DNA of 64,000 nt from Podospora anserina. Its lineage: Eukaryota. The DNA is taken from assembly GCA_017654855.1 (NCBI GenBank), contig CM030338.1, positions 1,178,001 through 1,242,000 on the forward strand. The letters are read 5' to 3'. Numbering within the stretch: position 1 is the first letter of the stretch; each line of letters begins with the position of its first letter. The translations under genes and the position numbers were made by a program. The notes under the pieces were generated by a model. That model was not told where the DNA came from. It was given only the letters and a program-made list of their open reading frames with translations, and searched no databases. Positions 22,730 through 35,585 of the stretch are shown in pieces.

Positions 22730-25700
22730 TCATTGCACCGGCCTCGAACTAGCCATCTCTCCATACCGTCCTCTATGCTGCGTAGTATCATACGCCTGCA
22801 ACACCCTCGTCTGCGACTCGTCCGCCGCCGAAAAGGCGTACCCCCTCTGCTTCCTCATCCTCTGCACCTGCCTCACTTTTCTAATCGCCTTTTGGAATTG
22901 TTCCATTCTGTTTCCCCAATGTTAGCATCCAATTCCCTACCGCTTGCGAGTCCAAAAAACATACCTCGGCCTATAATCCTGAATATTATACTTTTGAATC
23001 TCCTGCACATGGTGATACGCCTCCGGCTTCCACAACCTCTTACTAAACTTCCACGCAAAATCCCTCGACAAGCACAAAATCGCCAGCGTCGGCATCTGGA
23101 TCCAAAATTGCGGGCTGGAAAACAGCAAGGGGATGATCCCGTGGTATTCCGTCGAAAAGTTGAGCTTGGGCGCGACAATGCCGTAGACAGCTACAAACAC
23201 CACCCAAATCACAAACGAGCCTGGGATGGCGATGACGTGGTACTTGGTCCAGTTGTTCGTCACCAACGCGGCCTTGCCAAGAACAGTCAACAAGACGGCG
23301 CCGTACATGGCTGTACCCCAGACCCATTTTCCGGCGGGGACGCTGTTGCCTTGGACACCATCGTTGATCCAGAAGAGGGAGCCGCCAATGTAGAGCAGGA
23401 GAGAGTGGTAGACCGCGTTGGAGATCCAGGAGGCAAAGACGCGCTTGTTGAAGAAGCTGTTGCTCTGACCAAGGTTGTAGAGTTGGGGATAGCGGTCAAG
23501 CAGGCGGGCGGAGACAAACTGGTCGAGGATACCAAGTACGAGGGGAGGGAGGACCGTGTAAAAGACGTTGTAGAAGGAGAGGGTCCAGGATTCGTAAATG
23601 ACTTCACCAGAGAAGACGTTTTGGAACGTGTACTGGGATAACAATTAGCATGATCTTCACCCTTTCAGTTCTCACACAGAAACCTACCCAAAACTGCGTC
23701 AGATACAAGGTAATGTTCTTGTAAAAAGAAAACAAAATAGCCTTCGCCACACGGTGATAACTCCACGCACCGTGCACAAGCAACAGCTTCCTCAGGTACC
23801 GGAACTGAGCAATGGAAACATCAGCACTGCGGGCAGCCTGGAGACCTTCCATACCACTGATACCAATACCAATATGAGCAGCCTGAATCATGGAAACGTC
23901 GTTGGCTCCATCGCCAATAGCGAGAAGAATCGACTGCTTCTGATACTTCTTGACCAGCTTAACCACCATGGCCTTTTGCAGTGGAGACACACGGCAGCAA
24001 ATAACCGCCTTGCACATGACCGCGAGATCGAGAAAAAGCTTCTCCATGTCCTTCTCCAGGGCGTACGTCAGGGATTTTCCATCAATGACCAGAGCCAGAG
24101 TATCCATCTCAATCGTCGCATCGGTTTGATTCCGAATGGCATCAATCTTCTTTTGCAGGTTGTCCCTTGTAGCATCGGCATCCTCCTCGTTAACAATGAG
24201 CAGCATCATGTCTTCGCTGAGAAGCTTGCAACTCATGCCAATATTGATGGCAGTTTCTTGTCTGTCGCCAGTGAGGACCCAGACCTTGATACCGGCCTCC
24301 TGAAGCGTGTGAATAGTCTCGGGGACACCATCTTGCAGCTTGTCCTCAATAGCGGTGGCACCAAGCAGGTAGAAGTCATGCTCAATGAGCTCCGCAGCCT
24401 TGTCGAGTTCGTCTGCGCGGTTTCCGCCGACAGTCGTCTGGGCCTTTTCATAGATCTGGAACCACTCCTGGAACTCATGTTCAGGAACCTCGCGCATGGC
24501 CAAGCACAGAGTCCGGAGACCTTCCGACGCATACTCCTCGAGATGGCGAAGCGTGACATCGACATGCGGGTTGTTATCGTTCAGACGCTCCAAGATAACA
24601 GTATCAGCACCCTTGGTGTAGCAGCGAACCACCCCGTCAGGGCAGCGGTATATGGTAGTCATTCTCTTTCTGGTGGAGTTGAACTCGCACACAGCCAAAA
24701 GCTCGTACTCGAGCCTTTCACCATTGGCCTCGATAATCACAGCGCGGGGCTTACGAGCCACAAACTTGTAGCCCAGCTGCACAGCTCCTTCGACAAGAGC
24801 ACCTTCGTCAGGAGAAGCAGCCTGGTACTTGATGTTGCCAGTGTCGCTCGTCTCGGGGATAACCGTGTGGCAGGTGGCCAGCAGGGCAAGAAAGTGGTGA
24901 ATGGCCTGGGCGCTAGGGTGGCTCTTAATGTTCTCCCTGAGCTGCCTAAACTCATGGATTCCAACTTCGACACCATCCTCCATCGTCGGCACGCGGTCCT
25001 CGGGCACCTTTTCGGCATACATAATTCCAGCAATCGAACACGCCTTGAACTCCATCATATTGCAGGTCAAGGTACCAGTCTTGTCGGAAAACACATATTC
25101 CACCATGCCCAACTCCTCCACCAAACTCGACGTGCGGCAGTTCGCAGGGGTGTCGTTGACGTCGTAGTAGATATCCATATCGTCATTGATGAGAATGCCG
25201 TGCCAGTACTTGACCAATTCGAGGGTGACGAAGAGAGAGATGGGAACCAAAGCGGAGAAGAGCACCCAATACGTTACCATATCCTTGATAAAGAGACGAG
25301 CAACAGCAGCGGCGCCGTCCATGGAATCCAGGTAGAGATAAGCGAGGGCGTCACCTTGAACGCTTTGCTGGACAAGATGACCGATGGTAGAGATGGCACT
25401 GAGAACCAAAAGAATACCGACGAGAACCAACACGAGGGTGTTGAGCTGTTTCTCAACCCTGGTGCGTTTGATGGGGGTCGCCGTTGCATTTCGCATGAGC
25501 TTGGTCTCGTGGCCGGTGAACACAACCACACCGTGGATCCAGGGGGTGTTGCGCAAAGTAGCACCACGAAGCAACAGCTGCTCGGGATTCAGGGGCAGCT
25601 CTTTCTCTCCTCCACCAGCCTGCATCGTCAGGGTAGCTTCGTATGTGTAAAGGCTGCTGTTGGGCTGCTCGGACTTGATCCTGCCTCCCAACCTGCCAAG

Positions 25701-26903
25701 ATCACTCGAGCTAACCATTGTCGACGTCTCGGGTAGGGCCTGCTTGATCTTCAGATTGGTTTCTCCATCCAGGTTTGCGGTTTCGATATAGCACAATCCT
25801 TCCGGCTCCGAGCTTGCCACCAAGACCAAATCGGCCGGGAAAGGCTCCTCGGATTCAACCCGAATAATGTCGCCCACGGAAACATTGATCCACTTCGTTT
25901 CCTCAAAAGATGACCCTCGTAAGATCCGCGCCTTGGACTGGTTTAGGGCCTTGTCGGCCTGTTTTCGCCGGTAATCCTCCACCAACTCCTTACCCGCTGA
26001 TACCAACAACACAACAATAAGGGGACCGATGGTGGTGTATCTGTTTGTTGGCGACAGGCCCGGAATCTGCTGCAAGCCAGCGGTGAACAAGAAGAAAATG
26101 TTGGCAAACTTCGAAAACTGCTCAAACAAGAACTTGGGCAGAAAGGTAGCAACATTGTACTTGGCCGTCGATACGTGGTTGTCGACGTACTTGTTCGCGG
26201 CGTTCGCTGGGGGGTTGTTGAGATGGATGATTCGGGGTCCGAGTGTCGACGGGTCGGGCTTCGACCGTCCGAAGCCGAACTTGAAATTCCCCTTATCCTT
26301 CGGCGGAGGAGCCCCTCCTCCGGCACCCCCGGGTTCGGGTCTTGGTCCCGTCCGTGATTCCGTCAGTGGCAGATCCATTTCCGAGTATCCCTGACCCATT
26401 CCAAGCTTGTTTTTCACTCTTCCGAGCAAGCCGCCACCCAGGCTCAGAACACTATTACGGTTCCTCGCATTGGCCGCCGCTGCGGAATCAGCGCCGGGCG
26501 CTCCCCCGGCCTGGTAATATGAGGTCCCATCCTCCGGATAGTCGTCAAAGTCGTCGGCGTATCTCTGGTAGTTGCCCAGATCTGACGTCTGGCTGTATTG
26601 CCTGTTGACCGGTTGCGATCCATACGGGCTTGCGGGGCCTGCGGCGGAAGCCGATGTGCCAACCGGTGGTGGCCCCCTCCCTCCTGGTTGTTGTCTTGCC
26701 TGTCCAGAGCCTACAAAGTCATCGTAGGATACCGAGGGACGCGCCTGCGCACCGTCCTGGTCGTAGGCATATGAATTTAAGAGGTCGTCGTCGGTCAAGG
26801 CTGACCGCTGGCCTGTGCTGTATACGGGCTGATCATTGTCGAGATCGAGCAGGAGATCGTTTCGCGGGGGCGCGGGACCCCCGGGAGGCGGACGGCCTGT
26901 CAT
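22730..26903 (-). CDS. DRS2: P4-type phospholipid-translocating ATPase (flippase); introns 23687-23633 and 22964-22908
   Basis: DGETNLK, DKTGTLT phosphorylation motif, TGDRQETA, GDGAND; C-terminal YHHVQEIQKYNIQDYRPRMEQFQKAIRKVRQVQRMRKQRGYAFS typical of Drs2. Confidence 0.95.
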
Positions 26904-27793
26904 GCCTCAAGGCGTCGCCGCTTCGGGCAATCGGTGGTGGGAGACACGGTCAAGGGGTGTGTCGAAGCATAAATCGATGGGCAGATCGATGGGACGCGGG
27001 GGAATCGTTGTTAGCTGTAGTCGTCGTGGTACTTCGTGTGCAGTCGTGAATTGGGTATGTATGTCTAGGTCTATCGCAAACTCGGGGCGGGGTGTGGTGT
27101 TGCGGCGTGCGACGAGCTGAAGTTGCAAGTTAAAAAAAATACGGCGCCGTGTTCTTTGGTATGAGAGAGCACAGCCTCCTTTCATCAACCGGCGGAGGAT
27201 TCGCGGACTGGGGTCTGGGCTACAAGACCCGTTGTCGTCGTCAGCCGTGGGCCCCGTAGGTTGTCTCTCTGCGCCCAACTCCAGTGGGCAAACGTTTCGA
27301 GCGATGGCTGTCAAAGCCGAGGATATCGTAACAACGTGATGCTGCCGAGCAGCAAGGGGGGTGGTGAGGTAGTGATATGAAGAACTGGAAACCCAAGACA
27401 CTTTTTGGCGGGCTTCTTCAGGAGAACGGCGCAACCTGACTTTGGCTGTAGGGAGTGCTAGCGCGGATTGCCTTGGGACGTCACAGCCCTGCCTGTAAAA
27501 GCCGGCCCCTGCGAAGAAGTGTTTCGGAGTGGCTGACAGCAGCCAATCACCGACACGAGGCCGCCCTCAGAGCTGTCCCATGAAGAGTGACTAAGCAACT
27601 TTCTTGGTCGGTGTCCACTGCAGTGGCGGACCCTAGCTTCACTTACAGCAACTCATCTCATCTTTCATCATTCATTCATTCGCTCACTCACAACGGGCCA
27701 TATCTGACACGGTCACCAGCGCATTTGACGCTTTTCCAAACCGACCTCACAACCAATCCAGAACAGCAATACCGATTCTTCACATCAGACAAA

Positions 27794-28204
27794 ATGGTCT
27801 GCGGAAAATGCCAAAAACTCAGCTCAACCACACTAGCCACGCCGGGCGTCAAGAAGAAGAGTGAGATGTACTACGGCTCAGCCGCCTCATCATCAGCATC
27901 GTCGTCCAAATCAGCCACCCTCGGGCAGAACGGCATTTCCAAGAGCAAGCTGCTGTCCAAAGCGGCGAAGAACCCATATGCTCAGTATTCGAGTTCTTGC
28001 ACGCAATGCAAGACCAAGGTAAACCAAGGGCACACCTATTGCCACAAGTGCGCATACAAGGCAGCTGGTGGGTTTCTCTTCTCTGGTTAGCAGTTGGAAT
28101 TGTTAGCTGACATTGTCACAGCCTGCGCCGTGTGTGGTAAGCCAGAAAAGAAAAAGTCAGCAGCAGCGCCAATTGTGGATGGCACCAAGAGGTCTCTGAA
28201 GTAA
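27794..28204 (+). CDS. CRIPT-like cysteine-rich protein; intron 28068-28121
   Basis: MVCGKCQK...KSKLLSKAAKNPYAQYSSSCTQCK...YCHKCAYK-ACAVCGK, four CxxC pairs matching the CRIPT family. Confidence 0.85.
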
Positions 28205-28449
28205 GTGATGAAGATGGGACTGGTGGAGGTCGGGTCAGAAGGTCAGGCGCCAGGCATCGGGAACTGACGCGAGGTGTGTATCATTCCCTGGGTTTCATGT
28301 TCATTGCTAAGTCAGGCGTTTTGGCGCATTTCACGGGCGGTCTCGTTCAGAATTCTCAGTCATAACAAACATAGTAAAATCGAAATTATCCTAAACAACC
28401 GTATTATATCATAAACACACCTGACTTGCCACCCCCAATCTTGTCTCTT

Positions 28450-29502
28450 TCAAATCGAAGCCTTGAACTCCTTCGCCCTCCCCTTGAGCAACTCCCCCAC
28501 AAACTCCCCAATAGCCTTGTTAACCTCTTCCGGATTCTCCCACGTAGCCCAATGATTAGCCTCCACCTCTCTCTTGATCAACCCCCTGGGGAAAAACTGC
28601 TCCATATTATCCGCCATCTTCGGCGGCAAGGCAGTGTCCCTCGTCGCGGTAAGAATCATGCCCGGCACCTCAACCTTGCTCTTCCCCTCCTTCACCAAAT
28701 CAGCCTTCTCCTCCTCGTAATTCACGTCCCACGTCCGGTAGTAATTCATCGGGGCGTGGACCCCGTTACGCTCATACTGGTCAACGTAAAACTCCAGCTC
28801 CTCCTCGGACAACAACTCTGACTTTTCCACTTTGACTCCTTCGTCAAAAAGGGAGAGGTCAATCCCCACGTTGGCGACGAAATGGCCCTTGCCGGTTTTG
28901 CTGTCTTTGCTGCCGTAGAGGATGTTTAGAAACTTTCTGATGCCGTCCCTCCCGGCGGCCTGGATTTTGTTTTCGAGGGTGGGATCTTCGAACTGGAGCT
29001 GGTAGGCAAAGTTGGGGAGGAACTGGTCGATGAGGACCTTTTTGGGGATGTAACCCTGGCTGTTGGGGGCGTTGTAAGGGGTGCAGATGCTGAAGACGCC
29101 CAGGATGAGGGCGGGGTGCCGGAGGGCGAGGCGCCAGACGATGGCGCCGCCCCAGTCGTGGCCTCCGAGGATGATGGGGTGGGAGGGGGAGACGAGCTGA
29201 ATGAGGGAGGCGAGGTCGGTGGAGAGGGATTTGTAGGAATAGGGCGGGATGGGGGAGGGGGCGGAGGAGAGGCCGTAGCCTAGCATGTCGGGGACGATGA
29301 CGCGGAGGGAGAGGGAGGTGAGGAAGGGGATTTGGTGGCGCCAGCCGAAGGAGAGGTCGGGGAAGCCATGGATGAGGACTACCGTCGCGGCGGGGGTGCC
29401 GCTGGAGGGGAGGGCTTCGAGGTAGTGGTAGGTGTGTCCTGAGGGGAGGGTGGTGGTGTGGTGTTTGACGCGGGGGTCGTTGGGGACGAGTTTGTCGACC
29501 AT
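28450..29502 (-). CDS. Alpha/beta-hydrolase, soluble epoxide hydrolase-like
   Basis: HGFP motif, PDMLGYG, GHDWGG nucleophile motif, YQL and NYYR tyrosines, catalytic NHW. Confidence 0.9.
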   Translation of the reverse strand: MVDKLVPNDPRVKHHTTTLPSGHTYHYLEALPSSGTPAATVVLIHGFPDLSFGWRHQIPFLTSLSLRVIVPDMLGYGLSSAPSPIPPYSYKSLSTDLASLIQLVSPSHPIILGGHDWGGAIVWRLALRHPALILGVFSICTPYNAPNSQGYIPKKVLIDQFLPNFAYQLQFEDPTLENKIQAAGRDGIRKFLNILYGSKDSKTGKGHFVANVGIDLSLFDEGVKVEKSELLSEEELEFYVDQYERNGVHAPMNYYRTWDVNYEEEKADLVKEGKSKVEVPGMILTATRDTALPPKMADNMEQFFPRGLIKREVEANHWATWENPEEVNKAIGEFVGELLKGRAKEFKASI

Positions 29503-30925
29503 TTTTTTGGCGGTTTTAGGGGGCGTGATTCTGGAAAAGGGGTAAGTAAATAAAGTTTGCTGATGACGGTGGTGGTGGCGTCAAGGGGGTGGTGGTGTCT
29601 TACCCAACGGTGTTTATGCGTGGTGTCTCTCAGGGGCTGTCAACGTCTACCATTCAACGTTGAACCAAAGACACGCAACCGAGTTCAAATTTCAAACCCA
29701 CGCTGAATGAACTCTCAAATCATACAACAAACCAAAAGAAGTGATGATGGTTTATATACCAACTCACAACCCTACTGCAACAATTATACCTGCAATCGGT
29801 TGCATGAAGCCCCGCATTTCCCTTTCAACAGCTGCGTCATGAATTCCCGATCCCGAGTCTAAGCCGTTGCTTGCCCATGCAGCAAAGCCAAGAGCTCCCC
29901 CCTCATGCCACCCAAAAGGGCCAACCGATTTGATCGATTCCGGGAACCAGAATCCATATCCAGGTACCACGGCCGAGGCATTTGCTTGGTGGATTTGTGA
30001 GCCTCTAATAAGAAATCGGCATATATAGTACCTACCTATGCAAGCCGCCATTGAAATTGATTAGCTGATGTTAACTCCGCTTTGCTCCGTCCTACCTATC
30101 CACTGTGTTTTATCGCCATCAATCCATCATTGACTCCAACCAAGCAACAAAATCTCATTTCATCTCCTCTGTACACTCCCATCAGTTGTGAGCCCTTAGC
30201 GAAGAGACCCCCTTTTTTGGTGTTTTGTCTTCTCGTATCCAAAAACCAACAACCCCTTGCCCACTTACTACTACCCCCGCCCCCCCCAAATCCCGCCTGT
30301 CAAATGACCTCGCTACCGCAACCCACTCGGCCACCGCCGGAACGGCATCACCATCTTGGGCAACTGTTCAGCCTCAAACCCCCCTAAACAACGGGTGGTC
30401 ACGGAATGAAAACAAACAACTCAGTTGCATTTTCCACGCCCTGACTTGAACATCTCACCGTCAAAAGCAAAAAGCATGTAACTAATCAAGTAATCGTTAC
30501 CTACTCCTGGGTCATTCATCCGGTCTTACCTCTCACGACATCTCATATCCATGCACGCCAATGTTGATGTTGAATGGTTTCGTGATCCATACTTCTCCCA
30601 CAGCACACAACCACCAGTCAAAGTCATCCCCGATCCTGGTGATCTGATCAATTTAATCAAAGCGGCTTGTCCCGATATCATTATTTCATCATCCGTCTCG
30701 TGCCCGTCAAAGACTTTCCTCAGTCTGGCCCTGGTATACCACTCAAATGCCTCCCCCGGCCTCTGAATTCAACAAGAATAGCAAAACAAAATCGTAAGAC
30801 AAAAATAAACGAAATCAACGCTCCAGCAAAAGGAGACCCATGACTGATGATTAATATCCCATCTCCAACTCCCATATCAAAACTTCCCAACTCGATGCCC
30901 ACACGATAACAACGCAGCCGAAGTA

Positions 30926-32035
30926 TTAGTAAATAACTGTATCCTCCGCATCCTGCACCATCACCTCGTCGTGATGCTGATCCGAGCTTCGTCGCTTCTG
31001 TTCACTGTCCTTCTCCTTCTCTTGAACCTGTTCGTTCTTCTTGGGCTGGTGGTCATCCACCTCCATCTGGGTATCTTTTGGCAGGCTGTCCTGCTGATGA
31101 CGGCCATCATCGGCGCTATCGTTTTCGGAAATCGGTGCTGGTTCCCGTGGTCTGTCTCTTTCCCGACGGCCGTCTTCCTTTCTGGTATGTGCTGGTTCTC
31201 GACGATGATCATCCTCCCTAGGACGTACAAGTGCCGGCACCGGAGCCCCCAACTCACGATACCTCCTCTCCTTCTCCCTCTTCCACACCGCCAACTCCCT
31301 ATCTATCCTGTCTTCCGCATCACGGACCTGATCGCTAACCGTCCGTGATTGTTCCCGCGTTAGTTCCCAAGGGCGGTAGAGCTGCAAAAAATGTTAGCTT
31401 TATGTACCCCATCTCACCTCACAACCAAAGGTTGAAAAACTCACAATCCTCGGATAACTCCTCGTCATCAAACACCTCGCCTTCTCCATCCTATCCTCAT
31501 GCCTCGCATGCATACTCTTCTCATCCACCTCAATCTGATTCATCATCCTCTCCCTCCTCCCCCTCTCCAACCTCTCCCGCCTGTGCTTCTCATCCTCCAC
31601 CTCCTGCCTCTGCACCCTCTCATGCTGCCTCCGCTCGATATCCTGCCTCCGTTTATGCAAATTACTACCTTCCCTCGTCTGTCCGCTCAAAGTCCCCAAA
31701 ATCCCACCAAACAGCCTCTGGCCGCGCTTGCGCTCTTCCTGGGTGACTGACTTTTTTGGTGGTGGGGCCAGCGGTTCCTGCGGTAGCGGGGCCGGTTGGC
31801 GGTAGCTGTCTCTTCTTGGGTAAGAAGAGTTGGGATGTGTTTGGTGGAATGGACTGCGGGATCGGTTGTCATAACCTAGAGGGTCTCCTTGGTGAGGAGG
31901 TCCCCTGTGATCATCATGGTAGTCTGGCAAGTCGTCGACACGTGAGCGCTTGGCTTCCGCGTTGGAGGGTGGTGGGCTGGGGGAGGCTTTTCGCTTGTTC
32001 CTGTTCCTCGAGGGGAATTCTTCAAGTTCGGCCAT
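30926..32035 (-). CDS. Pinin/SDK/memA domain protein (splicing/ASAP-PSAP associated); intron 31444-31382
   Basis: EERKRGQRLFGGILGTL motif, coiled-coil, spliced PRI-LYRPWEL motif; canonical GTGAGT...CTAAC...CAG intron. Confidence 0.8.
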
Positions 32036-32624
32036 TGGAGTTGATTTCTGAATGTTTGGTTGACATATAAAATTGTGAGGTGTCGCGCGCACGCGAAATG
32101 GAAGTTGGGGAAACAGTGACGATCACCTGTTCACTCGGCGCTGTCCACTTGATGCTCCGGTGTTGTCGCAACAGCAGCGAAAGAAGCAAGATCGCGATCA
32201 ACTTGCCCAGCAGAGCTCGTGATATAGACTATGGTCACCTCGACAAGAAAATAAAGAAAGAAAAGAAAGCGGACACACACAACCCCCAGCAACCACGAGG
32301 GGGGATGAGAATCACAGGCTGGAAACCCCACGGCTTGTCCCTGAAGCTTAGCTCCAGGTTTTCTCCACAGAAGCAATGCAGCGCTAATTTGTGGAGAATG
32401 GAGAAGCAAGCAAGGCAAGGCAAGGCTGGGCCACTGTGAACAAATGCGCCACACTGTGTTGCGCTCGCCTGCCGAGGCTGATAAATTACAACCTTTTCTA
32501 CTGAAATCGTCGCGTATCTTTACCGCGTCCGACTATTTGCCTGCCACTTTAACGACGGCAACCTCTACCTCCCACAATCCTCTCCAGACAACCCTCATAC
32601 ACCCCGAACAAACCCACCGCGACC

Positions 32625-33062
32625 ATGTCCCGCCACCACCCGTACGTCCCCTCCCCATCCCCCCCAACCCGGCTAACCCCCCCTCCAGAGACCTAGTAAT
32701 GTGCCGCAAACAACCCGGCATAGCCATCGGCCGCCTCTGCGACAAGTGCGACGGCAAGTGCCCCGTCTGCGACTCCTACGTCCGACCCACCACCCTCGTC
32801 CGCATCTGCGACGAGTGCTCCTTCGGCAACTACCAGAACAAGTGCGTCGTCTGCGGCGGTGAGGGCATCTCGGACGCCTTCTACTGCTTCGAGTGCACCC
32901 GCCTCGAAAAGGACCGGGACGGGTGCCCAAAGATTATCAACCTGGGGAGTTCGAGGACTGATGTACGTTTCCCCCCTTACGCTCTATATATGGCGGCATG
33001 GATACTAATGTCTTTGTCAACAGCTGTTTTACCAAAAGAAAACGAATCGGACGGGGTTCTAG
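32625..33062 (+). CDS. RDS3: PHF5A/Rds3/Ini1 U2 snRNP SF3b subunit; introns 32642-32688 and 32963-33023
   Basis: Spliced [39 protein letters not shown]...[21 protein letters not shown], a highly conserved PHF5 sequence. Confidence 0.95.
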
Positions 33063-33597
33063 TAGGGTGGTGCCCTGGGCTGGGCGGTTTTATTTTTTTG
33101 ATACTACCATGCATGATATTTGCGTTGCGGTGAGGATTGATGTCATCTAGATGTGGCTTCAAGGAGAGGAGAAGAAGAGCATAGAAACGGCGTTCATGGC
33201 GTTTGGGAGCAAAGAGAGAAAAGAAACGGACATTTGTCATTATATACCCCTTGCGAGCGTGGGAGGACATATATTCTGTCATGAATAAACACACTGCAGA
33301 TTTCAAGTCCAATGAGTACCCAAGTGGAATACTTTTGTTCTTTTTGTCTTCTCCTCTCTGCGCTATACTAGTCTTATACTGGAAACTGATATTATTCTTC
33401 TCTTTTCTCATCTCCATCATGATGATGCAACAAGTCTTGCGAAAATACAACGCGCATAACAAGGAAAACAAATTAAGTGGGTAAAAACAAGACCGGAAGA
33501 GAGCGCCCCAGCTCGCGATGCAAAGAAGAATCACAACACAACATGATATACAGCCCACAACCCATTAACGGGATACAGCCACATGCCCGCAAGTCAC

Positions 33598-35149
33598 TTA
33601 GATATAGCTGACCTTGGTCCCCATCCCCGCCGTGGCAGCCACCTTCCCCCAAGCAACCCCCACCAGCCTCATCACCCTCTCCCTCGTCCTCTTCCTCCCT
33701 AACACAACCACCAACCCAATAATAAACGCCAAAAACCTATACATCGCAAACGGGTTCATCTGCCACGCCTTGGCAAACTGATCCACCACCCCCTTCAAAT
33801 TCCCCAACACCACTGTCGCCCTACTGGCCAACGTCATGGTCCCCTCACTATCCCTCCTCGCCTTCCCCCCCGAAGGACCCCCCACCGGCATCTTCGCCCC
33901 CGCACCACCCCCCTTCTTAATACTACTAGGCGGCACCTTTGCCAACCCCCCCTTCCTCTTCTTCACCCCACCACCACCACTACTCGTACTACTGCCCCCA
34001 TCATCCAACCCAAAATCCCCCTCCGTCACCCCGCCCTTCCCCTTTGTCTTGCTCTTCCCCGCAATCCTCTCCTTCCTCTCCTTCTCCTCCCTCTCCCTCC
34101 TCACCCTCTCCTCCTCAAGCCTCTTCCTTTCCCTCTCTTCATTCTCCGCCCTCAACCTCCTCGCCTCCTCAATATCCCTCTTGATCCTCTCCTCATTCTC
34201 CTTCCTCTTCAGCTCCTCAATTCTCTCAAACTCCTTTTGCTCCTCCTGCAGACTGTCAAGCGCCTGCAGGAACGCCTCGCGACGCTCCTCGTCCAGGACG
34301 GGGGAGACAGAGATGAATTCCTTGGCGTAGACCCACTCCTGGTTGCGCGGGAGGACGTGCAGGGTGTATAGTTCCAAAAGTTTGAGGCGGGAGGCCAAAT
34401 CCCGCGGGGTGTCGGTGCCGTTGCCTCCATTGCGGGAGATGACGCTGTTGGAGCGCTCGCGGAGGTGGGGAGGACGGGAGCTGGACCGGGAGAAGTCTGC
34501 CGATGTGGGAAGGGGGGAAGGGGGAGAGGAGAGGTAGGTTTCTAGGCGGGTTTGGGTGTGGGTTTGGGTTTTGGCGTGGGCTAGGAGGAGGGTTGCTCTG
34601 CAGTGGGGTGGTTAGTTATTCGTCGGGAGCGAAGGGGAAATACAAGTTGATTACCACATCGGCGTCAACATCGCCTTCTACCCCGTGATAACCATTCTTT
34701 ACCACCTCCTCCCAAATCTCCCCATCCTTGACTTTGTGGCACAAGGCGCGCCACTCGGCCGTCCCAAAGGCGGCTTTACCCTCTTCGGAATCGAGCTCGA
34801 GGATCGCGTTGAGGATGGTCAGGTACAAGGACCATACTTTGATGCGGGAAGACCGGGAAGCTTTCGCTGCCGGGGCTGGGTCGAAGGGGCTGTTGGGGTC
34901 GTTTTCGGTTTGGGGGACGGGGGAGACCAGAGGGAGAACGGTGGAGAGGGCTTCTGGCAGACGACGCGTGAGGAAGAGAGTAGAGGCTTGTCGGTAGGTC
35001 TTTGTGATGTGCGAGGAGGAAGAGGTGGGCCGGGGGGAGTTCATGGACGAGGAAAGGGAGGAGATGCTTGAGGTCATGAGGTTGGTGCCGTTGCTGTTGC
35101 CGTTGGGCTCGGAGCTGACCACAGATGACCGGTTGGAGGAGGGCGCCAT
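33598..35149 (-). CDS. PEX26: Peroxin 26-like tail-anchored peroxisomal membrane protein; intron 34643-34598
   Basis: [45 protein letters not shown] motifs; C-terminal transmembrane segment and [11 protein letters not shown] tail as in fungal Pex26. Confidence 0.8.
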
Positions 35150-35574
35150 GGTGGGAAACTGCGCACGGGTGTGTTGTGCAGAGTTGTCAAAGTGTCAAAA
35201 TGTGTGTGTGTGTGTGTGTTTGTGTGTGAGTGTATCGCGACCACAGTAAAGTGTCGTCGAATTGGGAGGTTGGGGCTTGAGGATGGACCTGAACTAGGTT
35301 ATCAAAAACACGCGCTGTGGCTGGCTGAGGTGGGCGCGGGCAGTCCAGCAACGGTGGTAGGTGGTGTGTGAATTGACTTTTTGGCTGTTTTTAGTGCAGA
35401 CTGGAGGCCATCGTGGTGTTTCTTCAGACGTTTTCTGATCTCTGTCCGTCCAGTCCAGCGCAAGCGGAGAAGCAGGAACATGTGCCCCGGTGAACCTGCG
35501 GGTGGTGGTCGTTGAAAGCCGTGCGCTCCGTAATTTGCAATTGGCTGGGCTTCCTTTCTGGTGCTGGTCACCCC

Positions 35575-35585
35575 CCGAGCCTCGG
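35575..35585. promoter_or_regulatory. CCGAG-C-CTCGG inverted repeat containing a CCTCGG FarA/FarB-type site, ~430 nt upstream of PEX26
   Basis: Seen in sequence; CCTCGG is the known fatty-acid/peroxisome regulon element of filamentous ascomycetes. Confidence 0.4.

Noticed and set aside
23754..25736. 660-aa plus-strand ORF
   Set aside because: Antisense shadow of the DRS2 CDS caused by codon bias; no domain
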